Assembly (NCBI GenBank): GCA_964016885.1
Contig: OZ024741.1
Span: 113,398,001 to 113,462,000, forward strand
DNA from: Eledone cirrhosa
Lineage: Eukaryota
DNA: 64,000 nucleotides
Reading direction: 5' to 3'
In this document: one piece after another, positions 1 through 14,659 of the stretch
Layout of the letters: every line of letters begins with the position of its first letter
Numbering within the stretch: position 1 is the first letter of the stretch
Translations under genes and position numbers: made by a program
The notes under the pieces: model-generated
Databases searched by the model: none
Told to the model about the DNA's origin: nothing
Seen by the model: only the letters and a program-made list of their open reading frames with translations

Positions 1-143
1 GAAGAAAATAAATTTGTTGAAAGCACAAGTGAAGCCATTTTTTCTTCCCCCCTATCTTAATATACCTAACTGTACCAAGGATTACACACATTTTCCAATA
101 TATATATATATATATACAATACATTAACAGAGAAAACCTTAAG

Positions 144-189
<46 letters not shown>

Positions 190-773
190 TATGTATGTAT
201 ATGCCTATATATATGTAAATATTCATTGGCAGCAAGACCCTCTCAAAGTGTAACAATATGTTTATATATATATATATGTGTGTGTGTGTATATATATATG
301 TATATATATGTATATACACATATACACACACACACACATATATATGTAGGTATATATATATATATATACATATATATAGGTATATATATATATACATATA
401 TATAGGTATATATATATATAGGTCTATATATATGTATATATATATGTATGTATGCATATATAAGTACAGATTGGAGGTGACAAAAAAAAAAGCTAGATAA
501 TTACTCACCAGAGTACTTGATACTAGGGCTAGTAGAATGGGTGATATGGAAAATTTCGGGACCCCGACAACTGAACTATGGCTGTTTCGACAGCTAGATT
601 TGACCAGTTCGGATCTAGCTGTCGAAAGAGCTGGAGCTCAGCCATCGGGGTCCTGATATTTTTCATGTATATATATATGTATATGTTTGTATGTATATAT
701 GTATGTGTATGTATGTATGTATGTGTATATATGTATGTGTATGTATGTATATATATATATATCTATCTATGTG

Positions 774-814
<41 letters not shown>

Positions 815-1173
815 GCATGTATGTATATATATATATATGTATGTATGCGGAAGAACTCATAAGTGTCAACAGCCATCCAAAAGTGTGTAAATATGTATAT
901 ACACATGACTGATTGGCACAATTTGCATATTAGTAGACTGGCTGATCAGTCAGATCTGCATATTCAGATCCACTGATCAGCCAGATTTGCATATCAGCAG
1001 ACTGTATACGAGTGATAAATGGCCGGCTTTGCCAAGTTCAAATAAAAAAGAAAATTTCTCTCTAAATGGCTGAATACAATAAGTGTAATCTGCTAATATG
1101 CAAATCAGGCTGATCAGTCACTGTGTATTTTTGAAAATAGCATATATTTTCACTATCTCTGACAGTTTCGCAG

Positions 1174-1239
1174 GTGAACAGTGAGCTGTACTAATGAAGG
1201 GTGATACCCAGAAACATTAGTGTCTGCAGTTCTGTTCAC
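1174..1239 (+). ncRNA. Type-I HHR with a core mutation (CTAATGA)
   Basis: gtgaacagtgagctgta CTAATGA agggtgataccca GAAA cattagtg TC tgcagttctgttcac; ~15-bp helix I. Confidence 0.7.
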
Positions 1240-1394
1240 ATGCCAACATAAGAGCAAGAATGAAGGGTTCATTCTACTAACATGGCTATAAAATTGAGGC
1301 TTGTTTGCATAATTGCAAACAAATCGAATGTTATTATTAATATTTGAAAAACTCAGATTACATTTATTATATATATATGTATACATATATATAA

Positions 1395-1461
<67 letters not shown>

Positions 1462-2287
1462 TCTGTATATATATGTATATATATATTATATATGTATACT
1501 TATATTTGTGTGTGTGTATTTATATATATATATATATTTCTCTACCTTCCTCTCTGCTCCAATCCAATATATCTCTGTAGATTATCTCTGTGAGGCATTG
1601 AATGTTCATAATTCTTAACACAGGTGATTCTTCATTATCTCCTAGCACATTCTCATTCTTATTTGTTTGATTAGATTGTTTGTCGAAGGCACCTGCACTA
1701 AAAACAAACCTGTGTGCTTATTCAAAAACAAATCGATGCATTACCCCCTTATATATACACATATGTGCATAGCCCACAACATTGATAACAACTATCATAA
1801 CAATAACAACAACAGCAAAGGACTGTTGAATCACAAAAGAAGATAAATAGAAATAACAAAAACACATATCCATGCATTGATTAGATTTTATAGAGAATCT
1901 GCTGCATGTCAGGTGACTGGTTCTTTACATATGTGCTGTTGATTCTTAGTGCTTTTGCTGATAAAGTTCACATGGGTCCAATATGGAAATGTGTGCATAT
2001 ATATATATCTCTCTATATATATATATTCAAATATATATATATGTATTTATGGCATATATCCATGAACATTCATATATGGATGTACAGAATCTCTCTCTAA
2101 TATGTAATAATAGTAATAATAATAATAATGAAAATGATTGTGTACAATGCTCTGGTGCACTACGAGTTTCTCTCTACTATATATATATATATATATATAT
2201 GCAAGCGTGGAAGATGGTCGTTAAACGATGATGATGATGATGATGATGATTATATATATATACCTGTATGTATATAAAATATATGGA

Positions 2288-2520
2288 TGTTTACTCAGTT
2301 TACTCAGCTGTAGAAATGAGATGATAGGGACTGGGGTCCATATCATTCCACTGCAAAGTGGTCATGGAGGTGCCACGGCAAAAAAGCACCCAGCACTCAC
2401 TGTAAATGAGGTTGGTGTTAGGAAGGGCATCCAGCTGTAGAAATCAAGCCAGAATCAGTTCCCGTCCCACCCTTGCAAGCAGGGAAAAAGCGGACGTAAA
2501 ATGAAATGATGATGATGATG
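2288..2520 (+). mobile_element. 5'-truncated SINE family A copy
   Basis: Matches 22700-22930. Confidence 0.85.
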
Positions 2521-2560
2521 TCATAAGTAAATTTACATATAGAAGTAGGGATTCTCTGTC

Positions 2561-2594
<34 letters not shown>

Positions 2595-2596
<2 letters not shown>

Positions 2597-2880
2597 TTTC
2601 TGAATTTGTTTAGCAAGATTCTTTATCTGAAAAATGTGTTGAAACCGATATTGTTATACTTTGGGAGGGTCATGTTGCCCATAAGAAACACACGCACCAG
2701 TTGCTTTCACACCAATTTATTATAAATTAAATTTATAAATTTCCGGTTGGTTGGTTGGTTCCATAACCAGACGGTTGTTCATATATTGTCAAAGTTCTTT
2801 CGTCACACATTCTGTGACCTCTTCAGTGACTGGCGATTCTTTTCTTTGTTTTGTGCCTCTCCTTTGTTCTGTCCTACACC
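2595..2880 (-). mobile_element. Pseudo-LTR fragment of the same Penelope-like family
   Basis: Reverse complement closely matches 54430-54628. Confidence 0.8.
2788..2830 (-). ncRNA. Minimal type-I HHR of the Penelope-like pseudo-LTR; the copy at 54459-54501(+) has GAAA changed to AAAA
   Basis: gtca CTGAAGA g gtcaca-gaatg-tgtgac GAAA gaac TT tgac. Confidence 0.7.
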
Positions 2881-2881
2881 A

Positions 2882-2947
<66 letters not shown>

Positions 2948-3588
2948 TACATACTGAAACACTTTTTATGTGTGTAAACTTGAATCTTTATGGGATGATG
3001 GAATGCAGTTGTTTTGTATTTTCTCTCATTTTTGCTTTACATTTTTGTTGATCATCTTTAGTTCTCCTGTATTGATATTGCTTTTGTATTGGAAACACAC
3101 TCACATATAATTGTTTCTGCTTTTGGCACAAGGCCAGCAATTATCCCAGAACATCACTGGTACTTTATTTTATCGACGCCGTAAGGATGAAAGGCAAAGT
3201 TAACCTCGGCGGGATTTGAACTCAGATCATAAAGGGCCGTAACTCTGTGTCAACGCATGGCGTCCGACCTTCTACCAATACCGTCAATCCACCGCCCTAT
3301 AATGATATATAGGTGTGCACATACATATACTCATATCAACATGTAACTCACACAAATGTATATTTATACATATTGCACTGAGTGCTAAGCAACTGAAGTA
3401 TATTATAAATTATATCTGTATATACAGAATAGACATAACCAAGTCTTCATGAATGTGAATATATACTTACATACTCTTTGTATATAGACATCATCATCAT
3501 CATCATCATTGTTTAACGTCTATCTTCCATGCTAGCATGGGTTTAGACGGGAATTGTCCCACTTGAGGCAAGATTGGTTGTCTCACTC

Positions 3589-3631
<43 letters not shown>

Positions 3632-4410
3632 AATAATATTTGACCATCTATCAACTTCAGAACCAGGCTCAATTAGACATGGTGATAATGTTTTTTAAAA
3701 AATCCCATGCTCTTAACCATGCCGACTAACACACAATGTAAAATTAAAGGGAATTATAAACTCATAGGGAGGCAGTCCTTTAGAATAGCTACATCAAATG
3801 CAGCTCTGTTTCCATATCAATACATTACAGTGACCTACACATGGATTACTTAATGGGTTATTTGAACACATTGAGTCATGCAGAGCTTTATGGTGTCATG
3901 ACATAACCATTGCACCACAGAAATACATATTATGTAATAAAACAAGTTATGAAAAAACCCTTTATGAAAGTCTGGGGACCAACAGGACTTAGATGGGTAA
4001 ATTGGAAATATACTAGCAGATGGAGACCTCTCTGGTTCATTGGATTTAAGGGGGGTGGATGGATGAGATTTTGGGACCATACTGGCATGTGGCCATTATC
4101 TTCTCCATGTTCATTTTATCCCGCTTGCTTGAGAAGGTGAGTCTTCTGCAATATGACATTGCTAATCATTTCATATATGTATGAAATGACATACTAAATA
4201 TGGCAAATGTAAACTAGATGGAACTGATAGTTCTTTAAAGGATAATGTTTAGTAAATGAGTGATATTCAGAAAAAGAAAATAAATAATATTTGTACTACC
4301 ACCATCACTGTCACTGATGCACAGAAAAGTTTGAGTAACTAGAGGAAAATAAAAATGAAGAAGACTCAGAGAAGGTTAAAATATTCATTGAGAAGGTCAC
4401 AGAATGATAA

Positions 4411-4615
4411 TTAACCCTTTAGCATTTACATTATTCTATATTTCTCATTGTATTTTCATGGTAAACACTTTATCTCACATAATATCAAATCTATGAGATT
4501 TTGATATTATTTACTTTGAGAACAATAACTTAACAGCAGTATGAGCAGCCAGTTATGGCCAATTTGAACAGAAAGAGGTGAGAGAATTATGGCTGGTTTA
4601 AATACTAAAAGTTAA
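4411..4615. mobile_element. piggyBac-type MITE
   Basis: TTAA-CCCTTTAGCATTTA ... TAAATACTAAAAG-TTAA. Confidence 0.55.
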
Positions 4616-5849
4616 ATAACTAACTTAGAAATGGATTAGTTACCTGACTAATAATGGTTTCTGATTTAGGCACAAGGCCAGCAATTTTGGGTGATGGGGT
4701 AAGTCGATTAAATTGAACCTCGGCGGGATTTGAACTCAGAACAAAGAGGACAGTAACTCTGTCATGAAAGAAGTGGTTGTATCTGAATGTTTGAGTGCAT
4801 ATGTGTATATGTGTGTGTATGGCAGGTATGTATGTTAAAACAAGTGTTTAAAAAACCATAGTATTTGAAACATTCCAACATTAACTGAGTAAACACTCAA
4901 TACTGGTGTGTAATGTGTAGAATTATATTTTTGAAGAAGAAAAATGATAGTGATTTTGAAGTTTTGTCTTAGTCACTTCATCTGGCTGCCAGATGAAGTG
5001 ACTAAACTGAAACTTTAAAGTCACTGTCATTTCTCTACTTAGAAAATAAATAGATAGAGAGATATTGAGATAGAAACACAAGAATATATGTATATATGTA
5101 TATATATGTATACAACTGGAACCGTCGAGCAAACTCTACGTGAGCTGTCCATCTACTGTGTGTAATATTCATATTACAACACTACGGAAAATAGTATATA
5201 TATATGTATGAATACATATGTTTACATGTGTGTGTTTATGTGCATAAATGTATTTTGAGAGTGATTTCTACAATCCCTTTAACCTATTATATTTTAAGAG
5301 AGTAAAAATAATAAATTGAGTTCTAAAAAAATTCTATATCCATTGGCAATGAAAAAAATCTCAATGGAGATGAATTTGGCTCCTTTTTATGGTGTTATAT
5401 ATCTGTTTAAATTACATTAGGGATGTATAGTTTGCTATAGCTAACCCTAACCCTACCTACCAATCTTTTCAATAAACAAAACAGCAGTCAGGAATGTTCC
5501 TTCTATACTCATATATTAAATATTTCTTGTCAATTGTATCATCTTCCCCCAAAACATTTTTTTTTTAATCCCTTGCCTCTTATTTCTGTTTCAAAATCTT
5601 CCCTTGCCTCGTTCCTATCTCATTTATTTACCTGTAAGCCGTACTATTCTTTCATCTCATCTTTGTAAAATTAACTCTTTAGATATAGTCATATCTTTTT
5701 CAATTTTTATTTTGTCTCTTTGCTTTACTCTGTGTTATTTTGTTTACTTTAGGTAATGCTTCACATCATTGGTGTTTTATTGACAAATCCCTACACTAAT
5801 CATTTACAGCCTTTCCACAGCAGATATTTATTATTTTCTTTCATTAAAT

Positions 5850-5850
5850 T

Positions 5851-5901
<51 letters not shown>

Positions 5902-6275
5902 CATATATATATATATACATATATATGTATATACATATATATATATATATATATAAAACATATATATATATATATACATATATATGTATATACATATATA
6001 TATATATACATATATATATAACATATATATATATATACATATATATGTATATACATATATATACATATATATATATACATATATATATATATAACATATA
6101 TATATATGCATATATATATAACATATATATATGTATATACATATATATAACATATATATATGTATATACATATATATAACATATATATATGTATATACAT
6201 ATATATAACAGATATATATATACATATTATTATAACACATATATATAAATATATATAACATATATATATATATAC

Positions 6276-6326
<51 letters not shown>

Positions 6327-6330
6327 ATGT
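5850..6330. repeat. Compound (TC)n/(TA)n/(TACA) microsatellite, representative of dozens in the window (e.g. 9385-9575, 22345-22540, 59955-60270)
   Basis: Direct reading. Confidence 0.95.
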
Positions 6331-6706
6331 CTGTCATGCTTGCATTGGTTAAACAGACACACACACATACATATATATTACATTCTCCAAACAGATATTT
6401 TTTGTGGAGAAGAGTGAAGATTTCTCTCTTAAGATTATATGATACTAATATTCCAGACTCTCCATTTTGTTTCACTCTTCTTTGTTGCTTGAGTTAATGC
6501 TCTATCAATTTGTGCTTCACTTTATTACAACTACTTGCTCTAAGTTTATGACAAATGTTACTTAAGTTTACGATAACCTTCACTTTACTTTATAGCAAGC
6601 ACCTTTTAAATTTATTTCAAATTCTACTCATATTTCACTCTGCTTTATTTCCATTTTCTTACTTCCTTTTCCTAAATGTTATATATTTGTATCTTTTATA
6701 TATGTG

Positions 6707-6755
<49 letters not shown>

Positions 6756-7479
6756 TTACATACACACATACATACACAGACACCCTCATATATATATATA
6801 TATATACATATATACAATATAATATAATAATAATAATAACAATAATAATTTGTTTTTCTTCTCCATGTTTCAGAAGGTATTTATCTATACAACTATACAA
6901 CCTCTACTTTCGAAATTTCAGAAACGCCATCATGAAATGATTTCTATAGATATATACATTATAAGCTTTAATACTTCTATCTCAATGATATACTACTTGA
7001 ATGGCTAATGTACCATTTTACAGATATCATCAGTTATGCACATTGAAACTGATGCATACACATCGCATTAAACTTAGTCTTAACACTGCTTTTCTATATA
7101 ATATTCATTAGTTTCATATTTATGACACTTCAAGGTGGTGGAATCTTTTTCTAGTTGATATTTAGTTTAACATATGTGCCTGTATTATGTGTATTCTTTT
7201 AGTAACTTTATTTTATTTACTGGTTTCAATCATTGGACTGTTCTGCATCTATGATGGGAGCACTGATTCAAGAATTAAAATCACATTGAGCCCTGTATTT
7301 ACTTCAGTCTAGCACAAAACTTATTTCATCGATCGCTAGTTCTTTAATGACAAAGTTACTTTTTGACATAAAATGATACAATTTGTTACACTGGCTTAGA
7401 CCATTTACTATAAAGACAGGTAAACACACATCGATTCAAGGTATGAGAGTTCAACAGTCAGTTTAGTTCATTGTCTTAT

Positions 7480-7700
7480 GTTATGTCTCAAATGGCACTT
7501 CAATCCAGCTGCTGATTTACACAGCAATCCGCATTTGGTGAAGGTGACAGGATCTCAAACAGAGCAAGCTGGAATGTCTGACCCAGACTTTGGTGTTAGA
7601 TCTTATCTCACAGAGGTGGGCTAAACGAGATTTCTCAAAGTTCTTTATACCGTTGTGGCTGACAGTTCTCCATATTTTACAGTTGGCAGTCATGGCTTAT
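7480..7700 (-). mobile_element. C-terminal fragment of a BovB-like RTE with C2H2-type remnant
   Basis: Manual translation: WRTVSHNGIKNFEKSR... and CGLLCKSAAGLKCHLRH. Confidence 0.5.
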
Positions 7701-8216
7701 ACTAATAGATTTATGAAATCATACTAACACAAGATGCTTTGTGCACTTGTGGCAGTGTAATACCATGCTACACACTTTCTTACTCAATGATAACTGAAAT
7801 GAATTCCAGAGACAGAGATTTAGTAGTGTGGTGGTAATAATCGAACAAATTAATTAGGGTTATCAAAAGATTTAATATAACTAATATCAACCAATTAATA
7901 AATGAAATCAATTATAAAAAAAATATCAAAAATATTGATATATACCCAAATCTACACTGGTTTTACCGATACCAAACTCTTTGTATCAGATATTCCAACA
8001 GTCAGTTCTATAACAACTTGGAATTGGCATAGGATCTTCAGTAAATTTGTCCAGTAAACAACAAAGGGAAAAACAGGAAATGTTTTCAGGTACCCTACAT
8101 GCTAACAGGAATTAGCTCTATTTTCAGGTGTCTGACAATGACTTGAAATCAAGTTGTTGTACCTTTGCTTTGTTTCAAATATACCTAACTGTACCAAGGA
8201 TCTCACACATTTCCCA

Positions 8217-8314
<98 letters not shown>

Positions 8315-8490
8315 TTCAAGAGAAACCAATCTTAAAGAGAGAGATGGAGATAGTAGAGGAGATATGAGAGGAAAGATTGGTGAGTTAGTTAGAAGCCAAA
8401 GCGTAAAGGCATGTGCTCAATGTGCAATATGCAGTAGAAAGCAGCTAGGTGGCTGGGTTCATGCAGAAGTTAGGTGCGCAGAGCTGGAAA

Positions 8491-9570
<1,080 letters not shown>

Positions 9571-9575
9571 TATAT

Positions 9576-10141
9576 AAGTATATATACATACATACGTATA
9601 TGTATACAGACGTACAGTAGTATGTATATATATACATACATGCACACATATATATATGTACGTATGGGTTTACCGAACATTTATTATAATGTTCGGTTTG
9701 TTTGTAAACAAACAGCCCGCATTAAGCCGTACAGTGTTTGGGAACCATCGTTGCCCTTTTGTTCAACACTGACAAAGGAACGATTAACTAGTTTCAAGCT
9801 TATTAGCTATCGTCAGCATCGTATACCTTCCTGTCAGATGATTGAACGTTTGAAAGTATATACTTTCCTTATGCATATTAACGGCTGAGCACCCTAATTT
9901 GCATATCGAGTGAGTTAGTCGGCCGGGCGTACCAAAAACGATAAATGGAAAAGAATGAAATGAAATTTCATTTCTCACTCTTAGTACAGCTGATACTTAA
10001 ATATAAGTATGTATACGTACATACATATATGTATACAGACATACAGTAGTATGTATACATATATGTATGTACGTATACATACTTATATTTAAGTATCAGC
10101 CGTACTAAGAGTGAGAAATGAAATTTTATTTCATTCTTTTT
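9576..10141 (-). repeat. Same repeat family: ~1 unit on - plus fold-back (arms ~9948-10037 / ~10052-10141)
   Basis: Sequence match to the 48-49 kb units. Confidence 0.9.
9781..9821 (-). ncRNA. Minimal type-I HHR, first helix I pair mismatched; a further copy at 48377-48417(-) has a TTGACGA core
   Basis: cgatg CTGACGA tagctaataagctt GAAA ctag TT aatcg. Confidence 0.65.
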
Positions 10142-10809
10142 AAAGTGACTGACTGAAAGAAGTGCTGAAAATGAATGGGGAGAGAAGTAGAAGGTAAAGA
10201 CTAAGAAAGTCATGACTAAAGGCTGATGTTGCTGTTATCATTGTTGTCTAAACTTGCTATACAATCAATCTCAATGTACTTTTTAAGAATTTTAGATTGA
10301 TTTTTTTAAGTACAATCCCTCTAACCATTTCAGGGGCAACACTTTCACTATTTTGTCTGTTGGAATCACTGAAGGTATGAGACTTAGTAGTTTGCAATCT
10401 TGAGGTTGTGATTTTGATTCCCAGACTGGGCAATACATTATGTCCTTGAGTATGACATTATATTTCACAATGGTCCTTTTGTAAGGACACAACCCATCAC
10501 CTGGTCCAAGAATTGAACTCACAATCTGCTGATTGCAAGCCCAACACTCCAACCACTAAGCCATGTGCCTTCCCACACACACACACACACGCACACAAAT
10601 ACCTGCATGCACAAAGATATAAACAGCATTGTTTATTTAAGAAGTTGGGCTTGTGGTGATTGTGTTATTGGAGTTGTTGATGGTAGTAGCAACAGTGATG
10701 GCAATGAGGGTGAGGGTGATGTTTGTTGTTGTGGTGTTGGTCATGGTGAAAGGAGAGTTGTTGGTTGTTGTGGTGGTGGCAGCCATAATGATGGGTGAGG
10801 TAATGGAGG

Positions 10810-11100
10810 ATTGGGGTGATGTATGTTGCTGTGGTGGCAGCAGTGATGGTGGTTGTGTTGGTCATGCTGGTGGTGTTACTGGTTGTTGCTGTGGTGGTAG
10901 CTGTGATGGTGGTTGTGTTGGTCATGGTGGTGGTGTTACTGGTTGTTGCTGTGGTGGTAGCTGTGATGGTGGTTGTGTTGGTCATGCTGGTGGTGTTACT
11001 GGTTGTTGCTGTGGTGGTAGCTGTGATGGTGGTTGTGTTGGTCATGCTGGTGGTGTTACTGGTTGTTGCTGTGGTGGTAGCTGTGATGGTGGTTGTGGTA
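10810..11100. repeat. 60-bp GT-rich minisatellite, ~4.5 copies
   Basis: Lines 10861, 10921, 10981 and 11041 are nearly identical. Confidence 0.95.
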
Positions 11101-11331
11101 GTGGAGGTTTTAATGTTGCATACAATGAGTACCAATCTATAGTAACATATGAAATAACATCATGTTTAAGGAAATGTGATGTGGAGTTAAAACTGTCTTT
11201 TATCTTCTAGTAAAACAATAGAACTAAGTAATCAACAATCCTACATTTCTCAAGTGCCAATATGGTTTGGTACTGAGATCAACAAAAATAATAATAATTG
11301 TTGATACATGTGCATATATGTATGTTTTTTG

Positions 11332-11366
<35 letters not shown>

Positions 11367-11438
11367 GCATGTGTGTGTCTGTGTGTGTACATGTATCTAT
11401 GCAACTATATGGGGATATGTAGACATATATGTATATGC

Positions 11439-11469
<31 letters not shown>

Positions 11470-11955
11470 CACACTTATATATGTATGTGTGTGTATATGT
11501 ATGTATGTGAGTGTATGTAATGAGTTATTTGTATTGTTGTTATTCTTATCTTTCTTAACTCATCTTCTTACAATTTAACTTTAATATTTTCCTTGATCCC
11601 ATGACCCTCTACCATCTTCACTATGCCAGTTAGCATGCTTAAAACAATTTCTTTGCTCCTCTCTTATTACAGATTGCTTCAGTAATCTTAGATTAAATCT
11701 GTTGTGTCTGCTTCTCCTTTTCTTTCTTTTTTATTCTCTTATTCTTTTTGTTTTACTTGTTTCAATCATTAGACTGTGGTCATGCTGGTGCATTGCCCTG
11801 TAGGATTCAGTCAATCATATTGGTCCCATCAGTAATTATTTATAGATTCTTTTGTTGAATTTCTATGTTATTGGACATAATTAAACGATAAGTGTAATCG
11901 TAGACACGTACACACATATAAATATACACAATACATGCACACATGCATATATATG

Positions 11956-12280
11956 TCTTAGTTGTTAGAGTGTCAGGCTTACAATCATAAGGTTGTGAGT
12001 TTGAGTCCTGGACCAGGCTGAGTGTTGTGTTCTTGAGCAATTCACTTTATTTTATGTTGTTCCAGTTTACTCAGCTGTGGAAATGAGTTGCGATGTGACT
12101 GGTGCCAAGCTGTAATGGCCTTAGCCTTTCCCTTGGATAATATCAGTGGTGTGGAGAGGGGAGGCTGGTATGCTGGTCTTCCACAAACAACCTTGCCCAA
12201 ACATGTGCTTCAGAAGGCAATTTTCCAGATGCAAATACCATGGTCACTCGTGACTGAAAGGGGTCTTTATCGGGGAGGCA
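11956..12280 (+). mobile_element. Degenerate tRNA-derived SINE; related degenerate copies at 10375-10565 (two heads, inverted), 35930-36200 and 44165-44340
   Basis: tRNA-like head plus TTCTTGAGCAA body. Confidence 0.65.
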
Positions 12281-12960
12281 TAACAAGCAGTTCCCTCTAT
12301 AATTGGAACATTTTCTCTTGTCTTCTGTTTTTAAAATTTGCATTATCACACTCCTGATTGCCATTGCTTTCCAGAGATCCAGACCACCCAGCACACATGA
12401 GTCAGCAAGAGAACACCATCTCTATTTGTGGGTTTGGAAAGTACTAGATTGGTGACTGGCAAAACCACAATATGGTGAGAGAAAGAAATAAGAACCATAC
12501 TGCATCATCCTTTGTGTGGGTTAACAAGGGATGTGTTCAGGCGTTTGGTAGAGAGGCCTGTTCAAAAAATATATTGCAGTCTCCATTTCATGCCACAAAA
12601 TCAGGCGATGGGCCTGCAACCTGTCTTAGGAGGTGTGGAATGGACACACAAAGATTGTGTATACTGAGACCTCAAAGAGGGCTTGGAAGGGAGAAAACCT
12701 TCAAATAATTGAAACAGTTTATTTTATTAGATATGGCTGTTAAAGAGTTAGGATGGTAACATAACAAAAAGTTCTTGCAGAAAATTATGCTGGAAGATTT
12801 TAACTTAAAAAGGAATCTGTTAAATTAAGTGATTTTGTTTTATAGAATCAGAGGGATTTTGATGAGTTGGAATCAAAAGAGTTAACAATGCTACTACATT
12901 TTACCAGTCTTAGCTGTTATTGTTGACATTTAGGTAAGCTTTTATCAAGTAGACCTATGG

Positions 12961-13740
12961 TTAACCCTTTCATTACCAAAGCATCTGAAACTACCATACT
13001 AAACCGTTTATTTTTATCTAAAACTTTCCATCATAATTCTATATAAGTGCCTTAGTTAAGTTATGTTCCAATCACCAACTTGATAATGTTAGTTATATTA
13101 CTAAATTTTTCAAAATGCTTCTTTATTTTCAAAATTATTTGAAAATCATAGGCAGTGTCTTTCATTAGAAATATGGTCACAAAAGGATTAAAGAAATTCC
13201 AGTCTTGATCAACCTGTCTTTCTTTCAGATATATAGTGCATCCAAGACTACATTATTTAGTGGGTCCCCTTTTTTAACGCTTTCATTACCATATTTCTAA
13301 TGAAAAACACTGCCTGTGCTTTTCTAAATAATTCGGAATTTGGAAGGTTTAGTCTTGTTAGCTTTCTCATTATTAACTTGGTGTTTGTAGGATGGTGGAT
13401 TGGCAGTATCGGTAGGGTATCAGGTCATGCTTTGCAGCTTACAGTTGCATCCCTTTACGTTCTGAGTTCAAATCACATTGAGGTTAACTGTGCCTTTCAT
13501 TCTTACGGAGTTGATAAAATAAAGTACCAGTAATGCACTGGAGTCAATTTAATCGACTTTCTCCTCCCCAAACAGTTGATGGTCTTGTGCTTAAAACAGA
13601 AACCATTATTAACTTGTTGTTTGAAACATCAAAAAATGATGATAGAATGTTTTTGTGTAAATTTAAAGACTTTAAGAAACAGTTTTATATTGTAGAACCA
13701 GATGCAGTTTCAGGTGGTGTAGTATCAAAATAGTCTAAAG
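12961..13740. mobile_element. Two inverted copies of a TTAA-flanked MITE (12961-13191 and 13274-~13740, the second interrupted by a SINE); related copies at ~25945-26195 and ~43760-43882
   Basis: TTAACCCTTT...AAAAGG(G/A)TTAA termini; shared internal ...AAAATCATAGGCAGTGT...AGAAATATGGT. Confidence 0.55.
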
Positions 13741-14052
13741 GTATTTGGTGCGAATGACATTAGAAATATATTCATGAAAGGGTTAATAAATAAATATGTT
13801 TCTCAGTACAACATTCAGAAAGTAGAAAGTAAACAATACAAACCAAACTAAAATGATCACAGTACATAATGTTATAGGTTTGTGGCAGTAGGATGAAGTG
13901 GGGGATTCTTTGCTCATTTCTTTAGTTGTTTTCTATAGGTTTATGAAAAATACATTCCAAGAAGCAGCAACTTATGTTTACAAGCAAATCAAATAAACAC
14001 CCCATACTTTTTTCTCTTGTAGTATGTGTGTATATTTCTGTGTTTGTGTAAC

Positions 14053-14122
<70 letters not shown>

Positions 14123-14452
14123 TAACATATGTGTGTATGTGTGCACATGTGTGTTATATGAGTGTTTGTCTGTAGTGGCACAAACACACACACACATATA
14201 TATATACATATATATATGCACACACATAAATGTATGTGTATATGGATGACTTTGTATAGAATAGCATAGGTAAACATACATATATATATATATATATTGC
14301 TATATATTTTTTGCTTGGAATTTTCATTACAAAAGTACACTAGTTATATAGTTACATATATATATTATTTACAATTTAAACATACACACTCACATTCACT
14401 GACACATACAACTAGATATATAAATATATATTTGTGTGATGCTTCTTCATGT

Positions 14453-14512
<60 letters not shown>

Positions 14513-14627
14513 TGTGCATATACATGTATGTATGTGTGTACATAATCAATTATTCAATACATTTGGGAGCAGGTATATATATTGTCCTCAAGCATATTTT
14601 ATCTCCATCAGTATTTCCTTCACTGTG

Positions 14628-14659
<32 letters not shown>

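Noticed and set aside
3650-4145. Non-repetitive stretch ending in AG|GTGAGT, a possible exon
   Set aside because: No recognisable protein, no clear acceptor or partner exons
10653-11210. Cys/Gly-rich (keratin-associated-like) or Thr-rich (mucin-like) ORFs
   Set aside because: Open in several frames because of a stop-free 60-bp minisatellite; no splice or other coding evidence
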